A stretch of 64,000 bases of DNA, from assembly GCA_963769935.1 (NCBI GenBank), contig CAVYNY010000007.1:224001-288000 (forward strand), given 5' to 3'. The stretch comes from an uncultured delta proteobacterium (GTDB lineage: Bacteria > Desulfobacterota > Desulfobacteria > Desulfobacterales > JAFDCJ01). Of the stretch, positions 10,481 to 19,814 are shown piece after piece. The position numbers were made by a program, and so were the translations under genes. The notes beneath the pieces were generated by a model. That model searched no databases, was not told the origin of the DNA, and saw only the letters and a list, made by a program, of their open reading frames with translations. The first letter of the stretch is position 1. Each line of letters starts with the position of its first letter.

Positions 10481-10963
10481 ATGTTGTTCAAAATAATATC
10501 AGGCGGCCAAACCGGAGCCGACAGGGCAGCCCTGGACGCTGCCCTTAAATTTGATATGCCTTACGGCGGTTGGCTCCCCAAAGGCCGCCTGGCCGAAGAC
10601 GGCCCTCTTGACGCCAAATACAGTCTCAAAGAGATGCCCACCGACAGCTACCCCGCCCGAACCGAACAGAATGTCGTTGATTCAGACGGCACGGTCATAT
10701 TCTCGCATGGCAAGCCCACCGGCGGAACGGATTACACGCGGGAAATGGCCTTAAAACATGGTAAACAGCTGCTCGGTATCGATCTGAACCTGACCGCTTC
10801 CCATGATGCAGCCTCATTGATTGTGTCCTGGATTCAGTTGCGGCGGATAAAAATCTTAAATGTTGCCGGTCCCCGGGCCAGCGAAGATGCGGGCATATAT
10901 AATGACGTGTTCCGGATCCTGGCTGTGGTCATACTAACGCAAAAGAAGGCGCAAGGTTCTTAG
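10481..10963 (+). CDS. Putative molybdenum carrier protein (SLOG superfamily)
   Basis: KIISGGQTGADRAALD, GWLPKGRLAEDG, RTEQNVVDSDGT, LNVAGPRAS. Confidence 0.85.
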   Translation: MLFKIISGGQTGADRAALDAALKFDMPYGGWLPKGRLAEDGPLDAKYSLKEMPTDSYPARTEQNVVDSDGTVIFSHGKPTGGTDYTREMALKHGKQLLGIDLNLTASHDAASLIVSWIQLRRIKILNVAGPRASEDAGIYNDVFRILAVVILTQKKAQGS

Positions 10964-11122
10964 GCAGACAAAAAGAGAAGGAATAGGGATTTGAAGGGTC
11001 AAACCTGGGAACCGTCGACGTCATGTGGGAACCAGCAAGCAGCATCCGGGTCGAATAGGTTTGTCAATTCCGCAACGGACGACTTGAAGATTCACAGCGG
11101 GTTGCGCTGAAATAAAAAAAAC

Positions 11123-11154
11123 ACTTGACATTATCAAGTATTTTTGTTGATAAT
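11123..11154 (+). promoter_or_regulatory. Sigma70-like promoter overlapped by a palindromic candidate MarR operator
   Basis: TTGACA (11125-30), N18, GATAAT; inverted repeat ACTTGA-N5-TCAAGT (11123-11139) covers the -35 box. Confidence 0.6.
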
Positions 11155-11181
11155 GGCAAATAATTTGAAAAACCCGCATTA

Positions 11182-11339
11182 AGGGCTCACTCAAAAATAA
11201 CTTCACATTTTATACGCTGATGCATCTCTTGCGGCTGCGTTGCGAAAGCTCGGAATATCCAGATATTCCTGCGTTTTCGCGCCTTGCCGCAAGAGCGCCT
11301 CAACGCCTAAAACCGTGAATTAATTTTTTCATGAACCCC
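11182..11339. mobile_element. ~160-bp nested palindromic element (MITE/REP-like)
   Basis: Outer arms GGGCTCAC..AAAAATAACTTCACATTTT / AAAACCGTGAATTAATTTTTTCATGAACCC; inner CTCTTGCGGC/GCCGCAAGAG, GCGAAA/TTTCGC, GGAATATC/GATATTCC. Confidence 0.65.
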
Positions 11340-11351
11340 AAGGATCAAATC

Positions 11352-12281
11352 ATGGCCTCAACTCACATCGGTCAACATGTCGAAGCCGTGCGCCGGTTCA
11401 GCCGCTTTTATACCAAGCAAATCGGACTGCTGCAGGAGAAAATATTGCGCAGCCCGTTTTCGCTGGCCGAAGCCAGGGTCATATATGAACTTGCCCACCA
11501 TGAAAAGACAACCGCCACGGAACTTTCCAACGAGCTTGGTTTAGACGCCGGCTATTTAAGCCGCATCTTACGCGATTTCAATAAACGGGGTCTGATAGAC
11601 AAGGGCCGCTCCGAAGCGGACGGGCGCAAAAAGTATTTACGCTTATCTGAAAACGGGCAAGCTGCATTTGCCGGGATTAACACCCGCTCCCGCAGAGAAA
11701 TCGAAGCGAAATTGAGTAACCTGTCGCCGGCTGACCGGACCCGCCTGGTCCAGGCAATGCAAACGGTTGAAGATCTGCTTGGTGCCAAGACTGAAAACAA
11801 GGTGCCCTATATCCTGCGGACTCACCAGCCGGGCGACATGGGCTGGGTCGTTCACCGCCACGGCATCCTGTACGCCGAGGAATACGCCTGGGATGAGCAA
11901 TTTGAGGCACTGGTGGCGGAAATTGTGACCGGTTTTATCCGAAACTACGATCCCAAAAGGGAGCGCTGCTGGATAGCGGAAATGGATGGCGATAGCGTCG
12001 GGTCGGTTTTTCTGGTCAAGCAATCAGATTCAACGGCCAAGCTACGCCTGCTGCTGGTTGAGCCAAAGGCCCGCGGGCTGGGTATCGGCAACCGCTTGGT
12101 GAATGAATGCCTGAAATTTGCCCGGCAGGTCGGTTACAGCCGGATCACGCTCTGGACCAACAGCATTTTGACGGCGGCGCGCCGCATCTATCAAAAGGCC
12201 GGCTTTCGGCTCACTGATGAACAACCCCACACAAGCTTCGGCCATGATTTGATCGCCGAGACATGGGAGTTAAAATTGTAG
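11352..12281 (+). CDS. Bifunctional MarR-family regulator / GNAT acetyltransferase
   Basis: N-terminal wHTH (EARVIYEL, LDAGYLSRIL, DGR) plus C-terminal GNAT (LRLLLVEPKARGLGIG); ATG 11352 follows AAGGA. Confidence 0.92.
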   Translation: MASTHIGQHVEAVRRFSRFYTKQIGLLQEKILRSPFSLAEARVIYELAHHEKTTATELSNELGLDAGYLSRILRDFNKRGLIDKGRSEADGRKKYLRLSENGQAAFAGINTRSRREIEAKLSNLSPADRTRLVQAMQTVEDLLGAKTENKVPYILRTHQPGDMGWVVHRHGILYAEEYAWDEQFEALVAEIVTGFIRNYDPKRERCWIAEMDGDSVGSVFLVKQSDSTAKLRLLLVEPKARGLGIGNRLVNECLKFARQVGYSRITLWTNSILTAARRIYQKAGFRLTDEQPHTSFGHDLIAETWELKL

Positions 12282-12320
12282 CAATTGATTTCAAATCGAT
12301 TATCTCCTGGAAAGCTAATC

Positions 12321-12384
12321 AACTTATGAACTTACGCACTTATCAGCTTCCTATCTTCTCGACTTCCCGACTTCAGAACTTTTC
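12321..12384. repeat. 8-bp degenerate tandem array (nnCTTnnn x8)
   Basis: aacttatg-aacttacg-cacttatc-agcttcct-atcttctc-gacttccc-gacttcag-aacttttc between convergent genes. Confidence 0.65.
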
Positions 12385-12459
12385 ACCTGTTCATCATTAC
12401 AGCCTCAGTGCTTCCCGGTCTTCTAGTAATTCGCCAATCTTAATGATTGGGCGATAACC

Positions 12460-13716
12460 CTATAAATCCGAGACAAGATTGCCGTCTTTGCCGAATTTTA
12501 GCGGCCGCGCAGCTCCGATGATGCTGAGCCCTTTTGATTTTTTGGCCTCTGCCAGCATGGCCTGGGAAATATACATCTCCTCCAGATGCAGGGTGTCGCG
12601 GATATGGACGATGCGGGCATTTTGCGGTTCGACCAGTCCGATGGTGTTCAGCGCGGTGTCGATTACCTCGCGATCCGTGTTGAAATAAGGCGGTATCCGG
12701 ACGGCTTCGGGGCAGGAGGATGTGACGGCATTCATGTAGGTTGCCCGGCGATCAATTTTATCAACCAGCCGTTTGGTGGTAAAGTCGGCATTGCCGACGG
12801 CAGTAGCGTTGCCCTCGGAGTCGGCCGTCAGATCCCGCACAAAGATACGCAGGACATCGATTTTAGTGTCGGGGCGGTGGTAGGAGATGACGGTGCGGCC
12901 GATCACATTCTGGTCCATGCCCGTGCCGCTGATTTCCTTGCCCATCCAGTCAACGATCAGCAGGTCAATGGGATCCAGGGGTATTTGCGGCAGCAGCAGC
13001 TTGGCTTTTTTGAGCAATTGCGGTTCTGTCTTCTCGATTTCTCCAGCCGGGATGGCGCGGATGATTTCCGTTTCGTCCCGCTGATTTTCAACCACGGCTA
13101 CGCCGAACGCAATCGGACACTTTTCCAATATCACCCGGGCCACCGATGTTAATACGGGATAGTGACCCAGCCGCACAATAGCATTGTGATACAGGTCGGC
13201 CCCTTTTTGCTTGCCCAGTCCGATGGCCATGATCTTCGTCAAACCGCTTTCGATGTTGCCTTTAAAATCCGTGTGAGGTTTGACCCGGTTGAAGACGACG
13301 ATGTGGTCGGCCTGGGAGGCGTAACGGTCCAGATATACCGGAATCCCGTCAGGGGTGGCCCCGATCTGGACCACCTGCATGGACGATTTGATGGGCACAC
13401 CCATGTTCTCTTTGGTCACGCCGTAATGCTCTAAAATCTTTTTTTGTCCCGCGGGTGTGGCGCCGCCGTGGCTGCCCATGGCCGGGACAATGAAAGGTTT
13501 GGCGCCGATTTTTTTCAGCTCCCGCACGATTTCAGCCAGAATTACGGCCAGGTTGTTGATGCCGCGGCTACCGGCGGTAATGGCCACGGTTTGTCCCCGG
13601 GCAATTACTTTTTGAGGCTCGATCCGGCCCAGTTCAGAGCGGACTGCGGCTGGAATATCTTTGATGGGATTGGTTTTGAAATTTTGCCTGATTCTAATCA
13701 TTTTCGGGTATTTCAT
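12460..13716 (-). CDS. LarA (lactate racemase) superfamily protein, paralogue 1
   Basis: VAITAGSRGI, PAMGSHGGAT, NRVKPHTDF, ESGLTKIMAIGLGK, MGKEISGTGMD; AGGAG RBS before ATG 13716. Confidence 0.8.
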   Translation of the reverse strand: MKYPKMIRIRQNFKTNPIKDIPAAVRSELGRIEPQKVIARGQTVAITAGSRGINNLAVILAEIVRELKKIGAKPFIVPAMGSHGGATPAGQKKILEHYGVTKENMGVPIKSSMQVVQIGATPDGIPVYLDRYASQADHIVVFNRVKPHTDFKGNIESGLTKIMAIGLGKQKGADLYHNAIVRLGHYPVLTSVARVILEKCPIAFGVAVVENQRDETEIIRAIPAGEIEKTEPQLLKKAKLLLPQIPLDPIDLLIVDWMGKEISGTGMDQNVIGRTVISYHRPDTKIDVLRIFVRDLTADSEGNATAVGNADFTTKRLVDKIDRRATYMNAVTSSCPEAVRIPPYFNTDREVIDTALNTIGLVEPQNARIVHIRDTLHLEEMYISQAMLAEAKKSKGLSIIGAARPLKFGKDGNLVSDL

Positions 13717-13771
13717 GTATTTGCATCTCCTTTTCGAAGTCAACTTGCTGCCCGGACCATTTGATTTCTGC

Positions 13772-13801
13772 TTGACGGCAGAATAATAATGAACGTATAG
13801 T
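13772..13801 (+). promoter_or_regulatory. Candidate sigma70 promoter for kdgK-eda
   Basis: TTGACG-N18-TATAGT in the divergent intergenic region. Confidence 0.4.
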
Positions 13802-13937
13802 TGCGCAATTTTTCGAGCCGCCGGTGCCTATTGCCGTCCACCTGGGTTTTTAGCATAAAACAGATTTTAAAGGAACCATTAAATGATCTTGCCGAACGTA
13901 CAAAAGTCACCCGACAAATGAGGATGGAGGAGCTTTC

Positions 13938-14924
13938 ATGTACGATTTAATTACCTTCGGGGAAGCCATGATTCGATTGTCTCCGCCGGATTTTAAGCGA
14001 CTGGAGCAGACCACCACGCTGGATCTGAACATCGGCGGCGCCGAATTAAACGTAGCCGTCGGCGTTTCGCGCCTCGGCCTGAAAAGCGCCTGGATATCCA
14101 AACTGCCCGACAACCCCCTGGGCCGGATGATTGCCAATAAAGCCCGCGAGCTGGGCGTGGATGTTTCTCCGGTTATCTGGGAAAAAGAGGGCAGGGCAGG
14201 GCTTTATTTTCTGGAATACGGAGCCACGCCGCGTTCCAGCTCGGTCGTTTATGACCGCGGCAATTCATCTTTTAGCAGCATCCAGCCGGGTGAGGTGGAC
14301 TGGGATGAGATTTTTAAATTGGCCAAATATTTTCATCTGACCGGTATTACGCCGGCCGTCAGCCATTCAGCGGCTGCGGCAACCCTGGAGGCGCTCCGGA
14401 AGGCCAAAGCCTCGGGCTGCAAAGTAAGCCTGGATTTGAATTACCGCGCCAAGCTGTGGAGCTCCGCCGCAGCGAATCAAACCCTGGCGCCAATGATGGA
14501 CTATGTGGATATTTTAATTACCACCAAAGGCGATACGCGCACCATCCTGGGTGTCGAAGCGGAAAATGATGAGACGCTGGCCGGGATTCTGCTCGATAAA
14601 TACCCCATCGAAATGGTTGCCGTCAGCTACCGGGAAGGCGACTTCGTCCGGAACTGCCTGTATAGCGCGCTGGCCAGGACCCGGGAGAAAACCTTCACCA
14701 GCCGGACTTATGATATAGAAATCGTCGATCAGGTCGGGCGGGGGGATTCATTTGCAGCCGGATTTTTGTACGGCATTATTGTCGAGAATGATGTTCAAAC
14801 GGGGCTGGATTATGGTGTCGCCTTCGCGGCGTTGAAGCACAGTTTTCCGGGAGACTTCAACTGGTGCACCCGGGAAGAAGTTGAGGCGCTGCTGGCAGGA
14901 CCCCGACCGGGGGTACACCGATAG
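13938..14924 (+). CDS. kdgK: PfkB-family sugar kinase, 2-dehydro-3-deoxygluconokinase-like
   Basis: FGEAMIRL, GGAELNVA, YDR, DLNYRAKLW, DQVGRGDSFAAGF; adjacent to eda. Confidence 0.85.
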   Translation: MYDLITFGEAMIRLSPPDFKRLEQTTTLDLNIGGAELNVAVGVSRLGLKSAWISKLPDNPLGRMIANKARELGVDVSPVIWEKEGRAGLYFLEYGATPRSSSVVYDRGNSSFSSIQPGEVDWDEIFKLAKYFHLTGITPAVSHSAAAATLEALRKAKASGCKVSLDLNYRAKLWSSAAANQTLAPMMDYVDILITTKGDTRTILGVEAENDETLAGILLDKYPIEMVAVSYREGDFVRNCLYSALARTREKTFTSRTYDIEIVDQVGRGDSFAAGFLYGIIVENDVQTGLDYGVAFAALKHSFPGDFNWCTREEVEALLAGPRPGVHR

Positions 14925-14974
14925 GTAATCCGGTACCGAAATGACGACGGGTTTTCGTGTTGTGGGGTGTAAGG

Positions 14975-15634
14975 ATGATATCTAAAGATAAAGACAAGGT
15001 TAAAAATGAAATATTGCGCTGCGGGTTTGTGCCGATAATTCGAACCGACAATTCGCAGGCGGCTGTGCGGGTGGCCGGGGCGATACGTGACGGCGGGGCG
15101 CCGCTGCTTGAAATCACCATGACGGTGCCCGGTGCCCTGGATAGTATAAAAGAAATTGTCGACACTTTCGGCGATACGGTTCTGGTGGGCGCCGGCACCA
15201 TCCTCGACTGTGAAACCGCCCGCATGGCTATTCTGGCCGGCGCCGACTTTATCGTCGCACCGATCCTGGATGCGGCGACCATTCGCCTGTGCCACCGCTA
15301 TAGTAAAATCGTTATGCCCGGTGCGCTGACGCCAACCGAAATCCTTCAGGCCTGGGAACTGGGGGCCGATTTTGTCAAAGTCTTCCCGGCCGATGCCCTG
15401 GGCGGACCGGCGTATATAAAAGCCGTCAAAGCCCCGCTGCCGCAGGTTGACCTGATCCCCACCGGCGGCGTGGATATTGATACGGCGGTGGATTTTATCC
15501 GAGCCGGCGCAGCGGCGGTCGGTGTCGGCAGCGCGCTTATCGATAAACAAATTATTGCCGCAGGTGACTGGGGCCGGCTGACGCAGAAGACCGACGAATT
15601 TTTACAGACCATCCGTGCGGCGCGGAACGGGTGA
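14975..15634 (+). CDS. eda: KDPG/KHG aldolase
   Basis: [29 protein letters not shown]. Confidence 0.93.
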   Translation: MISKDKDKVKNEILRCGFVPIIRTDNSQAAVRVAGAIRDGGAPLLEITMTVPGALDSIKEIVDTFGDTVLVGAGTILDCETARMAILAGADFIVAPILDAATIRLCHRYSKIVMPGALTPTEILQAWELGADFVKVFPADALGGPAYIKAVKAPLPQVDLIPTGGVDIDTAVDFIRAGAAAVGVGSALIDKQIIAAGDWGRLTQKTDEFLQTIRAARNG

Positions 15635-15720
15635 GAAGACGGGATGCTAAGAAGTTGAGAAGGTTGGATGGTTAGAAGGTAAGAGGGTGTGAGGATAAGA
15701 AGCTGATAAGCTCGTGAGCA
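15631..15720. repeat. 8-bp degenerate tandem array (about 11 units, GTnAGAAG-like)
   Basis: gtgagaag-acgggatg-ctaagaag-ttgagaag-gttggatg-gttagaag-gtaagagg..., starting at the eda stop; a CAATCAyy-type array follows at ~15790-15846. Confidence 0.7.
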
Positions 15721-15869
15721 AAGGATGATTAAGGTCGATTATATTGCGTCCACGACTCCTCCGGTTAGCCCTTTCCCCCCGTCGACTTAATCAATCACTT
15801 ACAATCATCCAATCATCCTAATAGCCAATAACTATTAACTATCACTTACACCGGCTGGAGACGGATCGC

Positions 15870-16901
15870 ATGAAGGCCCTGGTACTGGAAGAATATAACC
15901 GGCTGACTTACAAAGAAGTGCCCGATCCGCAGGTCGGGCCGGATGATGTGCTGATCCGGGTTAAAGCCGCCGGAATTTGCGGCAGCGATGTGCACGGCAT
16001 GGACGGCAGCACCGGCCGGCGTATACCGCCGCTGATTATGGGGCACGAGGCCTCGGGGGTTATAGCGGACGCGGGTTCAAATGCCGGAAAATCCAAGCCG
16101 GGTCAGCGCGTTACGTTCGATTCCACGGTTTATTGCGGCGTATGCTTTTACTGCCGCCGGGGTGCTATCAATTTGTGCGACCAGCGCCGCGTGCTGGGTG
16201 TAGCGTGTGCTGATTACCGTCAAAACGGCACCTTTGCCGAATACGTGGCCGTGCCCCGGCATATCGTCTACCCCCTGCCTGATAAGATCACCTTCGAGCA
16301 AAGCGCCATGGTGGAGCCATGTTCCGTGGCATTCCACGCAGTGGCGATTACCCCTCTGTCCTTAAATGATACGGCGGTTGTCGTGGGCGCTGGTATCATC
16401 GGGCTGCTGGTAATTCAGACCCTGCGAACTTCCGGCTGCGGCCAAATTATCGCCGTCGATCTCGAGCCGGAAAGACTGGCGCTGGCACGGCAGCTGGGCG
16501 CAGACCGGGGCTTGAATCCTGGTGAGGAAGATGCCCTGTCCGTGATTAAAAAAATAACCGGCCAGCGGGGCGCCGACGCGGCGTTCGACGCGGTCGGGCT
16601 GAATGCTTCCTTGAAGACCGCCCTGGGAAGCCTGCGCAAAGGCGGTGCACTGACCTTAATCGGCAATTTAAAACCTCAAGTCGAACTGGCGCTTCAAACC
16701 GTGGTAACCGGAGAAATCACCCTGAGGGGTTCATGTGCGTCCCGTGGTGATTACCCGGCCTGTCTGGATATGATTGCCCGGGGTGCCATTCTGGTCGATC
16801 CGTTGATCAGCGCTACAGCCCCGCTTGCAGACGGCGCGCAGTGGTTTCGACGGTTATATGCGAAAGAGCCCGGCTTGATTAAGGTTATACTCAATCCCTG
16901 A
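15870..16901 (+). CDS. Zn-dependent polyol/sugar-acid dehydrogenase (galactitol-1-P/iditol dehydrogenase-like)
   Basis: GICGSD, GHE, structural Zn CxxCxxCx7C, GAGIIG. Confidence 0.9.
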   Translation: MKALVLEEYNRLTYKEVPDPQVGPDDVLIRVKAAGICGSDVHGMDGSTGRRIPPLIMGHEASGVIADAGSNAGKSKPGQRVTFDSTVYCGVCFYCRRGAINLCDQRRVLGVACADYRQNGTFAEYVAVPRHIVYPLPDKITFEQSAMVEPCSVAFHAVAITPLSLNDTAVVVGAGIIGLLVIQTLRTSGCGQIIAVDLEPERLALARQLGADRGLNPGEEDALSVIKKITGQRGADAAFDAVGLNASLKTALGSLRKGGALTLIGNLKPQVELALQTVVTGEITLRGSCASRGDYPACLDMIARGAILVDPLISATAPLADGAQWFRRLYAKEPGLIKVILNP

Positions 16902-16913
16902 AAAGTAAGTAAT

Positions 16914-16956
16914 GGTTCAGCGTTCAGGGTTCAAGGTTCAGCGTTCAGAGGTTCGA
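16914..16956. repeat. 7-bp tandem repeat (SGTTCAR x6)
   Basis: ggttcag-cgttcag-ggttcaa-ggttcag-cgttcag-(a)ggttcga. Confidence 0.85.
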
Positions 16957-17022
16957 GTCTCATGTCCATAGGCGTTCAAATAAGATCAACCGGCTATTCA
17001 GAAAATGCCAGAAATATTGGAC

Positions 17023-17094
17023 GTGGGAGCGGCTTTTAGCCGCGATTTGAATCGGACTGCGCTCTTTTAATTCGCGGTTGAAAACCGCTCCCAC
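17023..17094. repeat. Inverted REP pair (REPIN-like, GTGG/GTAG family)
   Basis: GTGGGAGCGGCTTTTAGCCGCGA ... TCGCGGTTGAAAACCGCTCCCAC. Confidence 0.75.
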
Positions 17095-17167
17095 ACCATC
17101 TTTGATCTTTTTGAGGTTCCAATGAAATTTATCGTCCTCACCTTTTCTAAAAATGAGGAGTTTAGTA

Positions 17168-17962
17168 ATGAAAAAAGATATATTCGACCTCACCGGTAAA
17201 GTGGCCGTCGTCACCGGTGCCAGTCGGGGGCTTGGCCAGTATTTCAGCCGCGCCCTGGCCCGGGCCGGCGCCGATCTGGTAATCACCAGCCGGCAGCTGG
17301 AATACCTGGATGCCTTTAGACAGGAGATCGAATCCCTGGGGCGCCGGGCGCTGCCGCTGCCGCTTGATGTGCGGGACTATGACAGTATCCAGCAGATGGT
17401 TGAAAAGGCCGGCCGGCACTACGGCCAAATCGACATCCTGGTAAACAATGCCGGCTGCAATGTTCGCAAAGCCGGCCTTGAGGTAACCTGGGATGACTGG
17501 AATCTGGTGCTGAACACCAATTTGCGGGGCACATTTTTCGTGGCCCAGGCGGTGGCCAAAAAAATGATTCCACGTCAATACGGTCGAATCATCAATATCG
17601 GCTCCGTAACTAGTGTGTTCGGTTATGCCGGTCTGGCGCCATACTGCGCCAGCCGGGGAGGCGTCAAGCAGTTGACCATGTCGCTGGCCGATGATTGGGG
17701 TAAATTCGGGATTACCGTTAATTGCCTGGCGCCGGGTTGGTTCAAGACCGAGCAGACCAGGGCGATGTATGAGAATAAAGACTGGGTCGATTATCTGACC
17801 GATCGCATACCCTTGAAAAGGCCCGGCACCCCCCATGATCTTGATGGAGCGGTGGTCTTTCTGGCCTCCGATGCGGCCGAGTATCTAACCGGACAGACCA
17901 TCCTGATAGACGGCGGTATAACGACCGGTTCCACCCGGGCAATGCCGGCAGTAAAAGCCTGA
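17168..17962 (+). CDS. SDR oxidoreductase, gluconate 5-dehydrogenase/KduD-like
   Basis: FDLTGKVAVVTGASRGLG, NNAG, IGS, YCASR, PGWFKT; GAGGAG RBS. Confidence 0.88.
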   Translation: MKKDIFDLTGKVAVVTGASRGLGQYFSRALARAGADLVITSRQLEYLDAFRQEIESLGRRALPLPLDVRDYDSIQQMVEKAGRHYGQIDILVNNAGCNVRKAGLEVTWDDWNLVLNTNLRGTFFVAQAVAKKMIPRQYGRIINIGSVTSVFGYAGLAPYCASRGGVKQLTMSLADDWGKFGITVNCLAPGWFKTEQTRAMYENKDWVDYLTDRIPLKRPGTPHDLDGAVVFLASDAAEYLTGQTILIDGGITTGSTRAMPAVKA

Positions 17963-18352
17963 CCGAATCCAGGAAAATCCAGCTTTAAACCGGAGCCAGG
18001 CACCAAAAACGTTTCGTATTCGATCAAGCCGGCAGTCTCCTTCGGCCGGCGGCGGTGCCGACACCTGCAATCATTTGACACTCTCCGCACTCGGCAACAT
18101 CGACCGCAAGTTGTCGATACGGCGCCGCTAAACGCTTAAAGGATTTCACTTGACAACAAGAGTTGGTTGCTAATATCTAAGTCTTCATATTTGATTATCT
18201 TTTTCGCCGATAGATGCACCTGCAGACATATTGGAGGGAATTTTTTTCAAAACGTTATCGATCGGAGGTTTTGCACCACCTTAAAGATTCTTAACCGGTC
18301 CGTGATCGATGTCAACCAGCAACTAAAACAACAAATTAAAAAGGAGGAAGTT

Positions 18353-19327
18353 ATGAAATCTAAGAATTTGGCTTTTGCGGCGGTAATCTTTGCATTCATA
18401 TTTGCCCTTGGCTTGACCGCCGCTTCGGCTGCGGATTACCCCAGCCGGCCGATCACATTGATCTGTCCCTGGGGTGCCGGCGGTGGCACGGATGCGGTAT
18501 CGCGAATCATTGCCACCCTGCTCAAAAAAAACCTGGGTGTGCCGGTCAACGTCGTCAACCGCACCGGCGGCAGCGGGGCTGTGGGGCATACGGCCATGGC
18601 GACGGCTAAACCCGACGGCTATACCATCGGTATGCCGACAGTTGAAATCACCATGATGCACTGGATGGGGCTGACCCAGGTGACATACAAAGACCTGACT
18701 CCCGTGGCCATGGTGAACTTTGATCCGGCCGGCATCAACGTGCTTGCGGATTCGGACTGGAAAACCTACAAAGAACTTGAGGACTACGTGCGCAACAACC
18801 CCGGCAAACTGAAGGACTCCGGCACCGGCCAGGGCGGAATCTGGCATCTGGCCATGGCCGGCTGGATGAATGCCATCGGGCTGTCCCCGGAAGCGATCAA
18901 ATGGATTCCCAGCAAAGGCGCCGCCCCGGCCCTGCAGGATCTCATGGCCCACGGCATCGATATGAGCACCTGCTCGCTGCCCGAGGCTGCGACCTTGATT
19001 GACGCCGGAAAAGTCAGACCCCTGGCGATCATGGCTGATGAAAAGGATCCGAAGTTTCCGGAAGTCCCGACCCTCAAAGAACTTGGGATCGATTGGACCT
19101 GTGGTGCCTGGCGCGGGATTGCCGCTCCCAAGGGAACGCCCCCGGAAATAGTGGCCGTGCTTGAAAAGGCCGTTGAAAAAGTCGTTAAAAGCGATGATTT
19201 TATTAAATTTATGAAAAACCGCGGCTTTGGCATTTACTGGCTGAATTCGGCTGACTTTGCCAAGGCGATCGCTAAGGCCGACGAGGACAACGGCAAAATC
19301 ATGAAGGCGGCCGGCATCGTCAAATAA
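18353..19327 (+). CDS. tctC: Tripartite tricarboxylate transporter substrate-binding protein
   Basis: Signal peptide, YPSRPITLICPWGAGGGTD, NRTGGSG, PDGYT, WRG; AGGAGG RBS. Confidence 0.92.
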   Translation: MKSKNLAFAAVIFAFIFALGLTAASAADYPSRPITLICPWGAGGGTDAVSRIIATLLKKNLGVPVNVVNRTGGSGAVGHTAMATAKPDGYTIGMPTVEITMMHWMGLTQVTYKDLTPVAMVNFDPAGINVLADSDWKTYKELEDYVRNNPGKLKDSGTGQGGIWHLAMAGWMNAIGLSPEAIKWIPSKGAAPALQDLMAHGIDMSTCSLPEAATLIDAGKVRPLAIMADEKDPKFPEVPTLKELGIDWTCGAWRGIAAPKGTPPEIVAVLEKAVEKVVKSDDFIKFMKNRGFGIYWLNSADFAKAIAKADEDNGKIMKAAGIVK

Positions 19328-19351
19328 GAAAAAAAGCACGAGGAATCAACC

Positions 19352-19810
19352 ATGCGAACGAGTAACACGGCCATCGGCCTGGTCTTAATTGTTTTTGCCT
19401 CTGCCGTACTGATCCACGTCCAGGGATTTCCGACTCTGGAAAACGGCTACCCGGGTCCGTCGCTGTTTCCGGAGGTCCTGGCCGTGTTATTCATTTTTTG
19501 TGGAATCGGGTTAATCATCCAGGGAGTCCGCCAACGAGAAAAAATCCTGAAATTCGACCTGGGAAACATTACCCTATCGGGGTGGCTGAACATTGTTTTT
19601 GTGCTGGGTACGATATTCTGCTACATATTTTTCGCCGAATATATAGGGTTTCTAATCTTCTCCTTTGTGATTCTTATGATTCTGATGAAATGGTTGAAAG
19701 TGAAAATACTGCCGAGTTTGGCCATGTCGATCATTGTGACCCTGTCCATTTATATCTTATTTGCAAAAGTTCTGCTTGTACCCCTGCCGTGGGGCCTCTG
19801 GGGCTGGTAA
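19352..19810 (+). CDS. tctB: Tripartite tricarboxylate transporter small membrane subunit
   Basis: 4-5 TM segments, GPSLFP, VPLPWG; lies between tctC and tctA. Confidence 0.88.
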   Translation: MRTSNTAIGLVLIVFASAVLIHVQGFPTLENGYPGPSLFPEVLAVLFIFCGIGLIIQGVRQREKILKFDLGNITLSGWLNIVFVLGTIFCYIFFAEYIGFLIFSFVILMILMKWLKVKILPSLAMSIIVTLSIYILFAKVLLVPLPWGLWGW

Positions 19811-19814
19811 AAAA

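Noticed and set aside
7530..11110. Integron cassette array (co-oriented small accessory genes; attC-like start CTATAACAAGCTGCTGCAGCC at ~7530)
   Set aside because: I could not find matching GTTRRRY ends or repeated attC structure between the genes, and there is no integrase; an IntegronFinder run would settle it.
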